DNA of 63,600 nucleotides, counting the filler, from Octopus bimaculoides (taxonomy: Eukaryota), in NCBI RefSeq assembly GCF_001194135.2. It is 4 parts of 4 records of this genome, joined end to end, with 100 filler letters (N's around TTAATTAATTAA, not from the genome) between each part and the next. Parts side by side here need not be neighbours in the genome. Positions count along the whole stretch, not along the records: positions 1 to 27,218 come from NC_068985.1; 3 more parts are not named here. One strand, 5' to 3'. Below, piece after piece: positions 11,587 to 26,032 of the stretch. Each line of letters opens with the position of its first letter. Positions within the stretch are counted from its first letter, which is position 1. The position numbers and the translations under genes are program-made. The notes below the pieces were generated by a model that was given only the letters and a program-made list of their open reading frames with translations, did not search any database and had not been told where the DNA came from.

Positions 11587-14500
11587 TGAGGAGTGAGTTC
11601 AGATTTAAAAAGAAATTGGAAACCTCGAATTTTCTCAAGAAAGAAGAAAGCCAATTTTTTCTCACACAAAATCAATTAGTGGTATATTGAAGATATGTAA
11701 AGCACAGGAAATTTCTGCATTGGATATTCTGGAGTTGAAAAGTAATCACACATTCACTTGCATGCATATGTGTTCCTGACCGGCTACACGAAGCATAATT
11801 ATGCAGAATGTGTGCTATTGCATATGTACAGCTATTAGAGGAGTTCAAGTATACTGGCGTGTCTTTCTACAAATGTGTACGTATTGCTTATTCAGAAATT
11901 TCAGGAATTGTCCTGAAGTAAATAGAATTGTTCATCATATCGTTCTAACACGGCTTGACCTTTGCAAAGAACTTAAACATATCTCAGAAAAATATACAAC
12001 ACGCACAGACATATATATTCATACATATATATTTAGCTTATAAAATTTGTAAATTATAGCGTAACTTTCCAAATATACATTAGAACATTTAAACATAAAT
12101 CTTATAGTCTTAATACAATTCAAAAGTATGATTCTTTAAAAAAAATATATATAATTTCAAAAATATTTATTTTGCCAGCCATCAAGCTTCTTGCTTCATA
12201 ACATCGTCATATTTTGAATGCTACAAAATAGAATTCATCTAATATTTCAAACTTTTGGACCATCTTTTGACAGTTACTTTTTACTTAAGTTTTAACTTAT
12301 AACTATTGTCACATTCCAAATTACAGTATCACTACGAATTTCAATAAAACAATTTACAACCATGTGAAGCACCCTAAATTGCAGGTTGAAGTTTCAAGAC
12401 AACTAATAAAGGGCTTAAGGAAATTTAATTCACAAATCATAAAACTTGATAATAATAGTAATTTTGGTGCAAAGACAGCAATTTTTAAGTGGTGAGGCAA
12501 TTCGGTTTCAGTGGTAAAATAAGTGCTTGGTTGTCATGCATTCCATGGAGACCTAAAGGGTGAAAGGCAGTAGCAACGTCTGCGCAATTTGAGCTCAGAA
12601 CGTAAAGAAATGTATTTTTGTCTGGCACACTAACAGTTCTACCAGCTTTCGTCCGTCATAAGTCCTTCGTACGACAAGCAGAAGACCTGAAATTATTTGG
12701 TGAACAGTTTACTCGGCTACATCAACCTCAATATTGATGCTTATTTCATCGACTCCGAAATGATAAAAAAGAAAAATCTCGGCGAATTTGAACTCAGAAT
12801 ATAAATACTACTGAAATCCCATTAAGTATTTTGCATGGCTTGCTTACTTACACAGTACAAACAACAGAGAAAATTAAAGTAGAAGAGTTAAGTAAGAAGC
12901 AGCTGTTGGTCTTATGACACCTTACCACTTCTCAGTTAATTTTCTCTGTCGTTTGTACTGTGTGTAAGTTTGATCTATTAATATTAACGTCTATAGTTTT
13001 GTACTTAAATACTCATCGTCTGAACGTCTTCGGTCTCTGCTTTCTCTTGCTTTCCATGTATGCACATATACATATTTTGTATATGAAACCCCAAGCTGTT
13101 ATATGTAACATGTTTATCTGCATAATTGCCCCCCCCCCTCTCTCCCTCTCTCTCTCTCTCTCTCTTTCTCTCGCTGTATATATATATATATATATATATG
13201 AACTTATTGATGTATGCTTGTATATAGACGTGACGTCTGTATTTAAATTTAAATTGCAGCACACTAACCAGTACTTAGAGTATCATGTGAAGGAAAACCT
13301 TTAAGAGGACGTGTATTATCGTTCTGTGATAATTCCTTCGGAGTAATACATTGTGTTATTCCCATAAAACGTCTTAAAATTATTTCTTTCTCAATATTTA
13401 CAGTCCTTAAGTGTAATGTCTGCATTTATAAATCATGAAGCGAGCTTATTTGAGATACAAGTTAATAAAAGATGAAATAGTTTTGAAACAACATATTCGT
13501 TTCATTGTACATTTATGTGGTAAGAAATGAAAGAAAACACCTCTGGGAATTGGGGAGGTATTGATACCATGTTGGTTAACATATAACATTGCTATTTGTG
13601 TATATATTCAACGACTTTGACTGCGTTTCAAAGTCAAATCCTTAATACTATCATTTTATCATATCACCTTCAACATTCTGAATTTAAATAATATTTTCTC
13701 AAACCATTTGCTGGCAGTTCAATCGATGTTACACGCTTTTTTAAAAAGTTCGAATTGTTCGAAGGAGGAAAAGTCAGAGTATTTTATTTGTTTTTGATTC
13801 CGTATTGTAACAGCTATTTTATTTCCTTTATATATCAGTAATGCTTTTATTAGAAAAAAAGAACAGCAGCTTGCAATTTCACTCTCCATCAATGCAATGG
13901 AGATAATGCAGTATCGTAGGATTTATATAAAACTAAACCAAAATGGTTAGAGAATACAAACATTTCATACGTAACTATATTTCCCTGTTCTATGAAATAC
14001 ACATTTTATCAGTTTATCAGATAAACTTCAAAACCCTGATCAAAGAAACGTAAAAGCTGCAAAATACTATGTTCACATGTCTCTCACCAGTCACTCTTAA
14101 ACCTTTATCCCATCACTCTGTCTCTCTGTCTCTCTCTTCTCTCTCTCTCTTCTCTCTCCCTTTGTCTCCCTAAAAAACCCAGCTAATGATAATTGCATTA
14201 TTTGATGCTTTCATTATATGGTACACGTGACGATCTTCTTTAGATTAAAATTTTAATAAAAATCGAACGTTAACTCGCTGATATAGCTTTCCATGAATTT
14301 AAATCAGAGAGAGTAATAGTGATTATGTTCGTGTTATTATTATCACATGTTCGTTCATGATGCAGTTTACACAGAGTTAGATACATTGTTTTAAGCATAA
14401 ACTACGTATCTCCGATCTCCCTGCGTATGTGTGTGCGTCGATGTCTCTATTTTTGTGAAAATGTGTGTGTGTGGTTGTGTGTGGTATATGTACCTTTGTG

Positions 14501-14609
14501 TCTGTGTGCAACCAATATGTATGTGCATACATAAAAAAATGTTTGCGCCTCGATAATTACTCTGGGGTTGAAACTTGAAAAACGAGATAAAAGTTCAGTT
14601 TCAGCAAAC

Positions 14610-14657
14610 TACACACACGCACCCGCGCGCCCGCGCACACACACACACATGCACTCG

Positions 14658-14708
<51 letters not shown>
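14610..14708. repeat. (CA)n/(CG)n alternating purine-pyrimidine tract
   Basis: Seen directly; Z-DNA-prone composition. Confidence 0.9.
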
Positions 14709-14711
<3 letters not shown>

Positions 14712-15489
14712 GACACGTATAAAGGAAGATTAAAATGATTAAATTATTGCAAATTTAAAATAAAACTGACGGAGACTAGTCAATGCCTAATGCATATTCT
14801 ACATAATGTATTTTGAATTTATNNNNNNNNNNNNNNNNNNNNNNNNNNNNNNNNNNNNNNNNNNNNNNNNNNNNNNNNNNNNNNNNNNNNNNNNNNNNNN
14901 NNNNNNNNNNNNNNNNNNNNNNNNNNNNNNNNNNNNNNNNNNNNNNNNNNNNNNNNNNNNNNNNNNNNNNNNNNNNNNNNNNNNNNNNNNNNNNNNNNNN
15001 NNNNNNNNNNNNNNNNNNNNNNNNNNNNNNNNNNNNNNNNNNNNNNNNNNNNNNNNNNNNNNNNNNNNNNNNNNNNNNNNNNNNNNNNNNNNNNNNNNNN
15101 NNNNNNNNNNNNNNNNNNNNNNNNNNNNNNNNNNNNNNNNNNNNNNNNNNNNNNNNNNNNNNNNNNNNNNNNNNNNNNNNNNNNNNNNNNNNNNNNNNNN
15201 NNNNNNNNNNNNNNNNNNNNNNNNNNNNNNNNNNNNNNNNNNNNNNNNNNNNNNNNNNNNNNNNNNNNNNNNNNNNNNNNNNNNNNNNNNNNNNNNNNNN
15301 NNNNNNNNNNNNNNNNNNNNNNNNNNNNNNNNNNNNNNNNNNNNNNNNNNNNNNNNNNNNNNNNNNNNNNNNNNNNNNNNNNNNNNNNNNNNNNNNNNNN
15401 NNNNNNNNNNNNNNNNNNNNNNNNNNNNNNNNNNNNNNNNNNNNNNNNNNNNNNNNNNNNNNNNNNATATATATATATATATATATATA

Positions 15490-16945
15490 CTGCCCGTGTG
15501 ACATGGAGTTGAAGAAATAGGCTTTTCTTGTATATTTTCTCCTATGAAGTGGAATACCGATGATTCGAAATTCATCAGAATTGAAGGTAAAGAATTCTAA
15601 AAGGTGTTCTTTCCCTCTTTATAAGCCATAACATAAATTCTAATCATAACATTTATGCCATACTGCTCATTTATATGCCCAGATGCTTATAAAACACATT
15701 CAAAGGTTTTTGCTCCTGAACAATTGAGCACTTGGAGCACATGGACCTCTAAAATGTGGGAATCAAGGCCTCTAATAGGGGTGTCTTAACGTCAACCAGA
15801 GAAGTTGAATTGTTGGGAATATTTTTTAACTTGTGTCATATCTATTGATCAAATTTCTTTGAAATCGGAAATATATGAATGTTCATTGGGGTTACAAAAG
15901 ATAGCAAAGCTAGACGAAACTGAAAGACGAATAATCACAACAAGCAATCAGCTACCCTACTCTAGTCGTTACCACTCCCCAATGTAGGATTCCTCACCCG
16001 GCACAGTCTTAAGCTGCCTTACGGATCTATAGCAGTCGGAAGGGCGTGACCCAACTTAAATAAGCATTAACAGTTGTGTGACGTGAGAGCTAAGCGGAAA
16101 CGAAATTGTCACCCTTGGAGATTGCGAATGATCATTATGCCGATATGTAACTGAACAGAATAAATTTACAATTTATAAATTTCTGTGAATGACCAAACAC
16201 TTATCTGCAAAGGCCGTGAAATCAATGTTATCATCAGGGTCTATCTTTGCCCCAGTGATAATAAAAGGACTCAAAGTAGATCTGTAAACTAATAACTTTA
16301 CTCAAAATAATACTTTGCAATTGAATCTCCTTTACTCGACAATTTATGCAGCGCATTGCAGAAATCACAATCTAAATATATCTAAAAGCAAACTCTTAAA
16401 CTGTTGTACCATTGAATTACAAATAACGCTCATTTTACATCCTTGGGTGACTCTACAGCTTCCAGGACTACAATTGTATTTGTCTTGGCTTAGGAAAAAT
16501 GACTAAATTGTGGGGGTTAAGCCCCCATTAAGGGGTCTTACTTACCTCCTAAGAAGTTGAAATTTTAGGAATATTACTTCATTTGTGTCTAATATCTATG
16601 GTTACAATTTTATCAACAGCAAAAATATATGAATTTACATGGGGCTTATGGTCTCGTTTATTCCCACTCACTTTCAAACATAGACTGCATTACATTTGCC
16701 CCTATGCATAGAATATAATTTCCGTCCAAATTTCATCAAAATCCGAAGCATATGAATTTTCACAGATAGTTCTGTTCCCCTTTATGCTCCCTCAAAATTG
16801 TATGAAATATACAGCATTACTCTTCTCCTTTGGCTTGGATTTTGTATTCCAAATTTCATTATTATCGATCCAGTATTCTTCTAGTCAAATGTACAAGTAA
16901 CATACGAACACACATAAATACATTGATTTTATATAATAGATGACA
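15490..16945 (+). mobile_element. Possible non-autonomous Helitron/Helentron-like element with internal subrepeats
   Basis: A diverged ~70-bp direct repeat (GGGGT..CTTA...AGAAGTTGAA.T.TT.GGAATATT...TTGTGTC..ATATCTAT) at ~15778-15845 and ~16531-16600; AAATTTCATCAAAATCCG-type motifs; end ACATACGAACACACATAAATACATTGATTTTATATAATAGAT resembles DINE/HINE-like 3' ends. Boundaries are uncertain. Confidence 0.3.
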
Positions 16946-17636
16946 TTATTTTCAGCTTGTTCGGCTAATGAAATACTCCTTAGTTTTCGTTTAAAAGGAA
17001 CTATAGAAACAACGAGAAATATGTAAATTACGCGTATATTAAAAACTTGTCTATGATACCCACTGTGCTATAAATTGTTATTTATAGATGAATTCATTTC
17101 GAGAGATACCGTTAATGATATTTGGCTCAAATTGCTTTTCTGTACAAATGAATATATCAAAGTATCCAAGCTAACATTATATTCAGTATTCAATATAGAC
17201 ATGTAAACATGGTCTCCAAACTTAATTACGCCCCTAATGATACGATAATTATTAACAGTTGCTCCATAGCCTGTGTCAATGTGATTACACAATCGTTGAA
17301 GAAATTCTACATAGAACTGGAACAAGTCCGACTGTCATTCTCTTTTCTTACACAATGATAATGAATAGACAGGAAAGATATCTACTTAAACAATTTTGAC
17401 AAAAACCTATTCAAAACTTCTTGGGTAAGAATAACATTACAACAAAACACTGTATACGCTTTAGAATGCTTTTTATTTATTACTGCTCAAAATTATTTTT
17501 GAATCACTAGATTGCGGATCAACAAAAATTTACTATATAATATTGTATTAGTATATTGTTGTGTACATATTGCTCGTCTTACATAGTTGGTTTTCTTTCC
17601 TGTTCCGATTTGCAGTTCCTCTCTACAGTGGCAGTA

Positions 17637-18861
17637 TCAGGCTCAGTAAAATGTATGCAACGTTTTGAAACATGAAATTCATCACAATATATGTCAATGC
17701 GGAACTTTTATTCTTTAAGTACTATTACTATCAACATTTTCAATATTTTCAAACGAGTTACACATTTGTTTATTCCGGTAGCATAAAAATCTTGAGTCCT
17801 CCAGCTGATGAAATCTTTGAACGCACTTTCAGCATCGGTTTTATTTTGAGGTCCTCTCGCGGGAAACCATCAAGGTGCTTTAAAAAGTAGTAGTCGGTAG
17901 AAGAAAGGTATGGGGAATAAGCTGGGTTGGGAAGAACTTCGTAGACAAGTTCCCTCAACTTCTGGAGGGTCATTAGTGAAACGTGGGGTCGAGCATTTTC
18001 ATGAAGAATGACTGGCTCTCTTCTATTCACTAGTTTCGGATGGAGGAGTAGTACTTTTTCGTTCATTTTGGCAATGTCATGGCAATATGGTTATGCAGTA
18101 ATGGCTTTTTCTTGGTTTTAAGATGTTGTAGTGGATGAGCCCAGCAGTACACCACCGAACAGTCACGATGACCTTCATTTTGAAGAGCTTGGTTTCAGGG
18201 AAGGTTTCCATTACTTCACTGTGGTCCAACCACCGTCAAGAAAGTTTTTTTTATTATTGTACAGAATCCACTTTTCACCGCAAGTTACAATGTAGTCGAG
18301 AAATGGATCAGTCTGGTTACAGAGAAGAAGCGAGGAGCAAATTTTATATTCGTACATTTCTCGATTTTCATTCAAATCATGTGGCAACCATTTATTGAGC
18401 GTTTTTTTTTTTTTCCGATTGCATGCAAATGGTTGCAGGTAGTTTTCTGTCTAAGTGCTTTTGCCAGTTCTCGAGTGGTTTTACGTGGATTTTTCTCAAT
18501 AACGGTCTTTAATTGACCGTCATCGATGACAAAATGGGCGTGCAATACGCTCAGGATCTTCAAGGCTCAGGCCTCCACGGTGAAATCTTTTAAACCATTT
18601 TCGAGCAGTTTCAGCCGCTTTACGTCCGTTTTTGAAGTTGAATAGCAAAATTGCACGAATATCGCGCTTTCACAGTTCCGTTTCAGATGATTGTAACAAC
18701 GGGGAAAATATCAATGTTAATTTATTGATGCATTTGGGCAAGTCTATGTCTGTATTATCAGACAATTATAAAAATATGTTTATAAAAAATTCAAAGCTCT
18801 GCAAAAATCCGGTATAAATTCTTCATGTTTCAAAATGATGCTTACTTCTTACTCAACCTGA
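17637..18861 (-). mobile_element. Full-length decayed mariner (DD34D-type, Hsmar1-like) transposon, 1225 bp
   Basis: TIRs: TA-TCAGGCTCAGTAAAATGTATGCAACGTTTTGAAACATGAA (left) versus revcomp of right TA-TCAGGTTGAGTAAGAAGTAAGCATCATTTTGAAACATGAA; TA on both sides. Transposase remnants IRAILLFNFKNGRKAAETAR, WFKRFHRG, NPRKTTRELA, ILHENARPH, PAYSPYLSSTDY (mariner HDNARPH / YSPDLAPSDY motifs); frameshifted and with stops. Confidence 0.9.
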
Positions 18862-20077
18862 TAAATTTTTATTCTTATACTCTTTATTCCAGAAGTAAGA
18901 TTGTTTCATGTTAAGTTTTCGGATTAGTGTAGCTTCTTGTCTCTACTTTTGTACAGACGCTTGTTGTTTACACTTCTTTTACCTGTGTATATTTCATAGA
19001 CATTTTTGATGATTTTATTTCATTTTTCATGCAGGGTAAACAAATATATATTCTACAATGATGGTATTGTCTTCGCTGTACAACTTTGAGGAATTTATGT
19101 AAGTGATGACACTATCTATTCCTAGTTTATAGTAAATGTATATTTGTATTTTAACCCTGAGCTGAATTGAGATCAGACGAAGACATTACGTTCCGTGAGG
19201 ACATATTACAGAACAAATGCTTAATTTGTATGTGCTTGGTTTACGTACTTCCTTCTGAGAAGCGAATGGATATATAACATTTTCAAAAGATATTTCATAT
19301 GATTACGAAGATTGCTTGCACACATATTCTTTTAACTTTCATATTTTTTAAGGGTAACTACGTTTTCAGAGTTATTAGCGAAACATTCTCCTGGAAGCAA
19401 ATCTTGCCCTCATCGATGTGAATATATCAAGACCCCTGTGAGTTGCTGCTCTCCCGAAGCTGACTAAAGATTTCAGATATTCCAGGCAAACGTTCGCACT
19501 CAAGATTAGCACTTGTTACGGTTTGTGTTGAGCCTTGATGCAAATATTATTTATTACAGGATATAATGATTTCCATTGTATTGGACACAATGGTTCATCT
19601 TAATAATAATCCCAAAAGTAAGAAAATATTCCGTCGAAACTGTGATGATAAAGAAAAATACAGAAAATTAACCAAAGGAATGTTATTTTCTCTTGTCTTC
19701 AAAACAACACCCTTTAAGAAGCTTTAAATATAATAAGAACACCGATATTTCACATAAACTAAATGATGTAATAATAGATGTACAGACTCTGTAAATTTCC
19801 TAAATAGGATATAATTGCACTAATTACATATTTTGAAGAGCTAATTAAAATTATGCTAATTACAATATGTTTCAAATTAGAGTCATTATTTTAAATATAC
19901 TTTTACTTTGAACACTTTTGATGAGAATATTTAACGCAAGCGCTAGATTTGACTCTGAACATAGCGCATACATGCATACACATAAATGCACTCACACACA
20001 CACGCACGTACACCCATACTCATGCTCAGGCACTCACGTATGAACATGCACAAGCATAAATGGCCGAACACACGTCA

Positions 20078-20114
<37 letters not shown>

Positions 20115-20329
20115 AAGGCGTGTGTGTGCATGTAGGTGTATATATATATATGTNNNNNNNNNNNNNNNNNNNNNNNNNNNNNNNNNNNNNNNNNNNNNNN
20201 NNNNNNNNNNNNNNNNNNNNNNNNNNNNNNNNNNNNNNNNNNNNNNNNNNNNNNNNNNNNNNNNNNNNNTGTGTGTGTGTGTGTGAAGGCGTGTGTGTAT
20301 GTAGGTGTATATATATATATATATATGTG

Positions 20330-20379
<50 letters not shown>

Positions 20380-21093
20380 CATACATATTTATAAATGGGT
20401 GTACGTACATGTATGAATATATATTCGAATATTTTATTGTGTGTCTTAATGAGTGTTGTGTTTCCAATTTAATTCAGTATACATGTCGCTTCCAGAAATT
20501 TTTCACATGACGGCTGAGCCAGTGAGATATTGATGTATTAGAGAGATTGGGCAAAAATAAGACATATATATAAGAGACACAGAGAGAGGGAGAGTGAGTG
20601 AGTGAACGAGCAACGAAGAGGAAAAAGGAAGAAAGAAAAAGAGGGTGAGTGTGGGGGAGAGAATAGTGTAAGGGAGCAACATTCTGACAATAAAAATACA
20701 TTTCTTTATTCTTAATAATCGTAATCAAATTTTCGTTTCCATTCCTTGTATTTCCTATTTTTATTTTGTCGTTAATAAGTATATCACCGTATATAGTGTG
20801 GCACTATCAGGAACACATACCATTAGTAATTATGTTCACTTAGTTTCTAATTATCATCACTAATTAATTATTAGTGAAACAAATATATTTGAACTTTTCA
20901 AATTTTTATATATTTTATATATTTCATATATTCTCGAAATTAATTTTAAGCGACCATCAGTAAAATTATTCTGATAAAATCACGACCAATTGCAACATAC
21001 ACTTCAAATCTCCTGAATGATTCTCAATTTCAATCGCTGTATTAGACATATGCATACATACACGTATATATGAATGCATGTATATATGAATGC

Positions 21094-21143
<50 letters not shown>

Positions 21144-21821
21144 GTTGTGTGCTTATGTTTGTATATATTGTACAGTACACACATACACGCACGCACACGC
21201 ACACATAGGTATGTATGTATGTATGTATGTATGTATGTATGTATTACGAAAACTCTGTTGTGTAGAGACTTTCAAAATGGTCGTAGACTTCATTTAAGAG
21301 AGACGTCAGTATAATATGAATAATTTATTGCTTAATTGCACATGAACTTAATTGAGGTATAGATAACGTTTTAAAAAAATTACTGTGAAAATTATTCTTT
21401 TCAAATACACGCCCCCTGGTGATTAACCAGTTAATTGTAATTACGCCTAGACTTGTTCAAACCTGAAAATTGAAATTTGGAGACTTTTCTAAATTTATTT
21501 ATTATCACTTATGTTTGTGAACGCGGTCAATATTACATTAAAACGAATCAACGTCACTATATCGGTGTCACTTTGGTTATTTAGGGAATATCTCACTTTT
21601 CCAAAGTTGATTACATCATTTTCTTTCATTTATGAAGAAAACTTGTTTTGAAGTAAAGCTAATCTATCACATTTAAAATAGTTTCGAACTTTTTGTGTGT
21701 AAACCCCAATAAATTTGAATTCAATACGCAAACTCGAGTGTTGCGCGTCTGCGTTATATTTCTGAATTCAGATTTAGTATAGTTAGTTTTATTGTAAGTG
21801 ATTACAGGTGTAGATGACTTA

Positions 21822-22040
21822 TACGAGGGCGTGTTCTAAAGTTCTTTCGCTTTATGTGAAAGAAAATGGAGGTGGTTCAGTTTATTATTATTTTATTCAT
21901 GATATTCCTCTCTCAGATTCACACACATTATGCAGCGGCCCTTCGGTTTTTCGAAGCCTTGTAAAAGAACTCGGAAGTTTGAGTGTCCAGCTAGGCTTTT
22001 GAGATACCCTTAAAACCAGGAACTTTTCAGCACCACCTCA
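21822..22040 (-). mobile_element. Mariner 3' fragment with TIR
   Basis: TA-CGAGGGCGTGTTC TIR-like end; minus-strand translation ..LDTQTSEFFLQGFEKPKGRCIMCVNLREEYHE* matches mariner C-termini (GI.KL..RW.KCV...GDYVE). Confidence 0.65.
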
Positions 22041-22974
22041 TATGAGGTCTATACTAATTACCACATCGAACACCAAATGATTGTGCACAATTCTGTCTTT
22101 ATCTCCCTCTTTTTAATAAATGGGCAGAACTCTAATCCTTTGTATGTTTTTGCTTGCAACAAATAGCACGTATATTTAAACAGTTGGTTTTCCGATTGAT
22201 TAAATATATCAGGACAACTGCAGTCAATTGCCTTAAAAATATGACGACTGTGAGAAATATCATGAAAAAGGTATATCAGGTTCCATTATTTAAATGTAAC
22301 GTTGTTGGTAACATATGTAGGTATTTAGTTTTCAATATGTCATCACTACTAATGACATTATAATGGAATATAACTTTGGGATGAAATAACCGAAATTTTG
22401 AATACTCACATACTGTCCTTAGAATTATTACCCATATACACATCCCTTAAACACTAAATCCACCTAGTTGATAGCTTTCACTGTTCACTGCCGTTGTTAT
22501 TGTTGTCCAGTTCAACATCATTGGACGACTGCCTTGATTGAAATCATTCCAACCGTGAGTAAGCTACAAGCATTTAGATCAGCATGCATTCTTTCCTATT
22601 TTAAGATGTTCATGTGGGATTTGAAGTTGCTTAGGCTGCTCTTTCTTGCGGATTTGTTTGTTGTATAGATTAACATTGAAATATGGTGAAATTGATTCAC
22701 AGCTTTGGTTTACTGCAATAATGTAGTTTCATTGAAGAACATCGCCATTTGGTTTTTTTTTAAGCACTTTGTGCCCGTAATAATTACATGTGGCCATCAT
22801 TTAGGATACTCTTACAAAATTAACTGCCACCATACTTCCTTTGTCTTTGTCTTATATATATATTGTTTAATAAACACTTTCCTGTCATCCATCAACATCT
22901 TTATTAATAAGGCCAGTATCAATAAAGATTTTACTCTATATAACTAGACTTCAAACATTTTATTTCCATTCGTT

Positions 22975-23190
22975 GGGCGGCGAGCTGGTAGAAGCGTTAC
23001 AGTGCCGCGCATAATACTTAGCTGCATTTCGGCCGCCTTTACTTTCTGAGTTCTAATTCTTCCGAGATCGACTTTGCCTTTCATCTTTTCGGAGTCGATA
23101 AAATAAATACCAGCTGAGCACTGGCGTCGATGTAATCGACTTACTCCTTCCTTCGAAATTACTGGCCTTCTGCTAAAATTTGAAACCAAT
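22975..23190 (+). mobile_element. tRNA-derived SINE (family A here)
   Basis: GGCGGCGAGCTGGTAGAAGCGTTA (A-box region) ... GAGTTCTAATTC (B-box-like) ... GACTTTGCCTTTCATCTTTTCGGAGTCGATAAAATAAATACCAG; homologous to 54788-55020. Confidence 0.8.
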
Positions 23191-25996
23191 ATCACTTTCA
23201 TTCCTATGCTTTTGTGGTGGTATTTTCCCCTTGGTGCTACCATATTGCCACCCCTTTTTATTACGTGTGATATAAAGGTGGTACAGCGTGGCTTCAATTG
23301 TTTTACTGAGATAATCATGAACAGTTGTGGAAAGAAGACGATGAATTTAAAATCATATGGTATTGGTGCACATATATTCGCTAAAGTTTATGCTGTGCAC
23401 GTAGTTACATGTGATCACGAGTATTTTCCTATAGGTTTTGGTAGTGGTATGTACATGTGCCTGTATTTGCGCATAGATCAAGTTTATAAATATATTTACG
23501 TATATATGCATGTAAATGTGTGCTTGTATGTGTGTGTGTGTTTGTTTGTGTATGGATATAAATAGAAAATAGTTGAATGTCACAAATTTCCAGAGCAATT
23601 GAGGCGCAAGAAAATGTTCTCGTGCTTAATTAGTATAACGGAATAGAGCAGACATTAAGAATTCAGTACAAGACCAGAAATAATTTTTCAGTTAGGTGAA
23701 TCTATCATTTTTGAAATTTTCAATAAACGGAAGGCGAAAGGTGAAGAAAAACGTCTGCAAGACTTGCTTTCACGCTATGAGCCACATGAAGTGCTGTAGT
23801 GTTAGGATAACTAGTAACAAAAATGTGGTGAATTGACTGAATATCTTTCTTGCAACTTACATCCGACAAAGTTTTGTTGCAAATGAATGACTACATCGAA
23901 GTTTTGTAGAAAAGACTACATAAGTACTGAAAGCTACGAAGTATAATATAACACTCTTCTTTGGTGATACTATAACAAATATTTTGAAACAGGAGTTGAC
24001 ATCGCGTTTCTACAGGGAGTTTTGATTACATTCTCTTTGGAAGTCGGGAAAAGGTGCATGTTTCATACAGAAATAGATTGCTGATTTATAAAATTCATAT
24101 GCAATATATATCTGCCTTAAAAATTATGTAATACACTATCTGGGAAGATTAAGCATTGATACAATGGGTGGATCTCTTTGGTTTAGCACACAAACCAGAC
24201 GATGAGCGTTCCACTTTTGATTCTAAGACTTGCGAATATGCATACAGGCAGCTAATGTAGAAAGATGTGAGATACTTATAGTGATTATGGTGGTGATGAG
24301 CAGGCAGAGAGGAAGAACCTGTATATATCAGTTAAAATGACGACGAGAAATGTCTAGATTATAATAGCTTTAGCGGATATAGTACATTCTAGTACTTCAC
24401 TAGTAACCCAGTATTATTGACTGGTGGGAAAAGAATGAATGTAGACTGCAGTGGGATTTGAACTCAAAAGTGTAATGAATCAGAAGAAATAACTGAAAAC
24501 ATTTTATCGGACGCTTCCAGGACTATGTTATTCCACCGCAATTTGTTTGTGTAGTAGTTCAAAATTTGGGGGAGCTATGAGAGTTTTAATTCATTTCATC
24601 GATTTCAGTACTTTTATGATACTTCAATATATCGATCTCGAACATTACAGGTCCAAATCGACCATGTAATTCAAATTTGTATTTCGAATAGTGTGTGGCG
24701 TAACTAAATTCAGCAACGGATCTTGTCCGATGACCTAGCGCTTCTGTCAATCTAGCGGCCAATAATGGCTAAGTTAAGTGTGATGCCAGAACATTTCAGA
24801 GAGAGACAGAGAGAGAGAGAGAGAAAAAAAAGAGAGAGGGATGGGAGAAGTTGGTTGCATCGACCTTATTACTTGACAAGTATTTTATAGTATGGAACTC
24901 CGAGGAGGAAAGTCACATTAACCTCGATATAATTTGCGGCTTACAATTCAGGAACGAATAACACAAGGGATGTCAACGCATTCTAATGATTTTGTCAATC
25001 GGAAGCAACACAATAATATTAGGTGTTAGATGTGCGATTAACAAAAACACTCCTTCATAACTAAAGTGTTGTGTACTTTAAATTTATACTTTAAACATTC
25101 TTTCAACATTTGTGGTTTCTGATCAAAGAAATACTGAATGTTTTTATTTATTTTTTTTTGTTTTGTTTTTGTATTTTGTTTCTTCCTTTTCTGTTGGCTA
25201 CAAAGAGGAAAATAGTTTTCACACTGGTTTTAAGAATCGCTATCATATATGACTTTTTTGCTTGATTTACAAAAATAGAACCGAGGTCTGTTTGTGTATA
25301 ATTAACATGTTCATTGCTGTATATATTTGCTGGGTTTGTTAGTTTTGTCTACTTCCTGGTCAGATTTTATCAAAGAAATCTATGGTTGACGATGAACCAG
25401 CCTTCAATATTCAGTCTTAGTATATATGTCCAACACTTCGTTTTCGAAAGCAATAACTATTTTAAGACGTTAGTGTGTGAATTAAAGGTGCTATTGATAA
25501 CAGCTCGAACCTAGTAAAATCAACTCTCCTTCGTAGCTTTAGATACATTGTCATTTGTTTTGTTAATCAATCCAATATTTCGTTGTTATATAACAATTCG
25601 CATATTAGAAACTGAACTGCTAAACAAAGTGTTATGTAGAGAATTGTTTTTATTCTTCAACTTCCAAATCTCATTCATATTCCACGTAAGAGACGTGTGT
25701 ATTATGAAGCAATTTATAACAGAGAATAATTTACAACGAAGCATATGAAATGATTCACAAATACAAAAGATTAGCAAATAAATACCGGCGAAAACTCAGT
25801 ATTTGCTATATAAAGCCATATCTAAGCCGATAGCATCCGATAAAATTTGATCTTAATAGAATAGATAATACAGAAATGTCCAATGTGCATTTGCCGTGCA
25901 AGTTGTGCATTCGGAAAAAAAAGGAATTAACCGAAAATTCCATGCATACCAATGTTCCACTGCTAAAATAAATTGCATAATTATATACATACGTGC

Positions 25997-26032
<36 letters not shown>

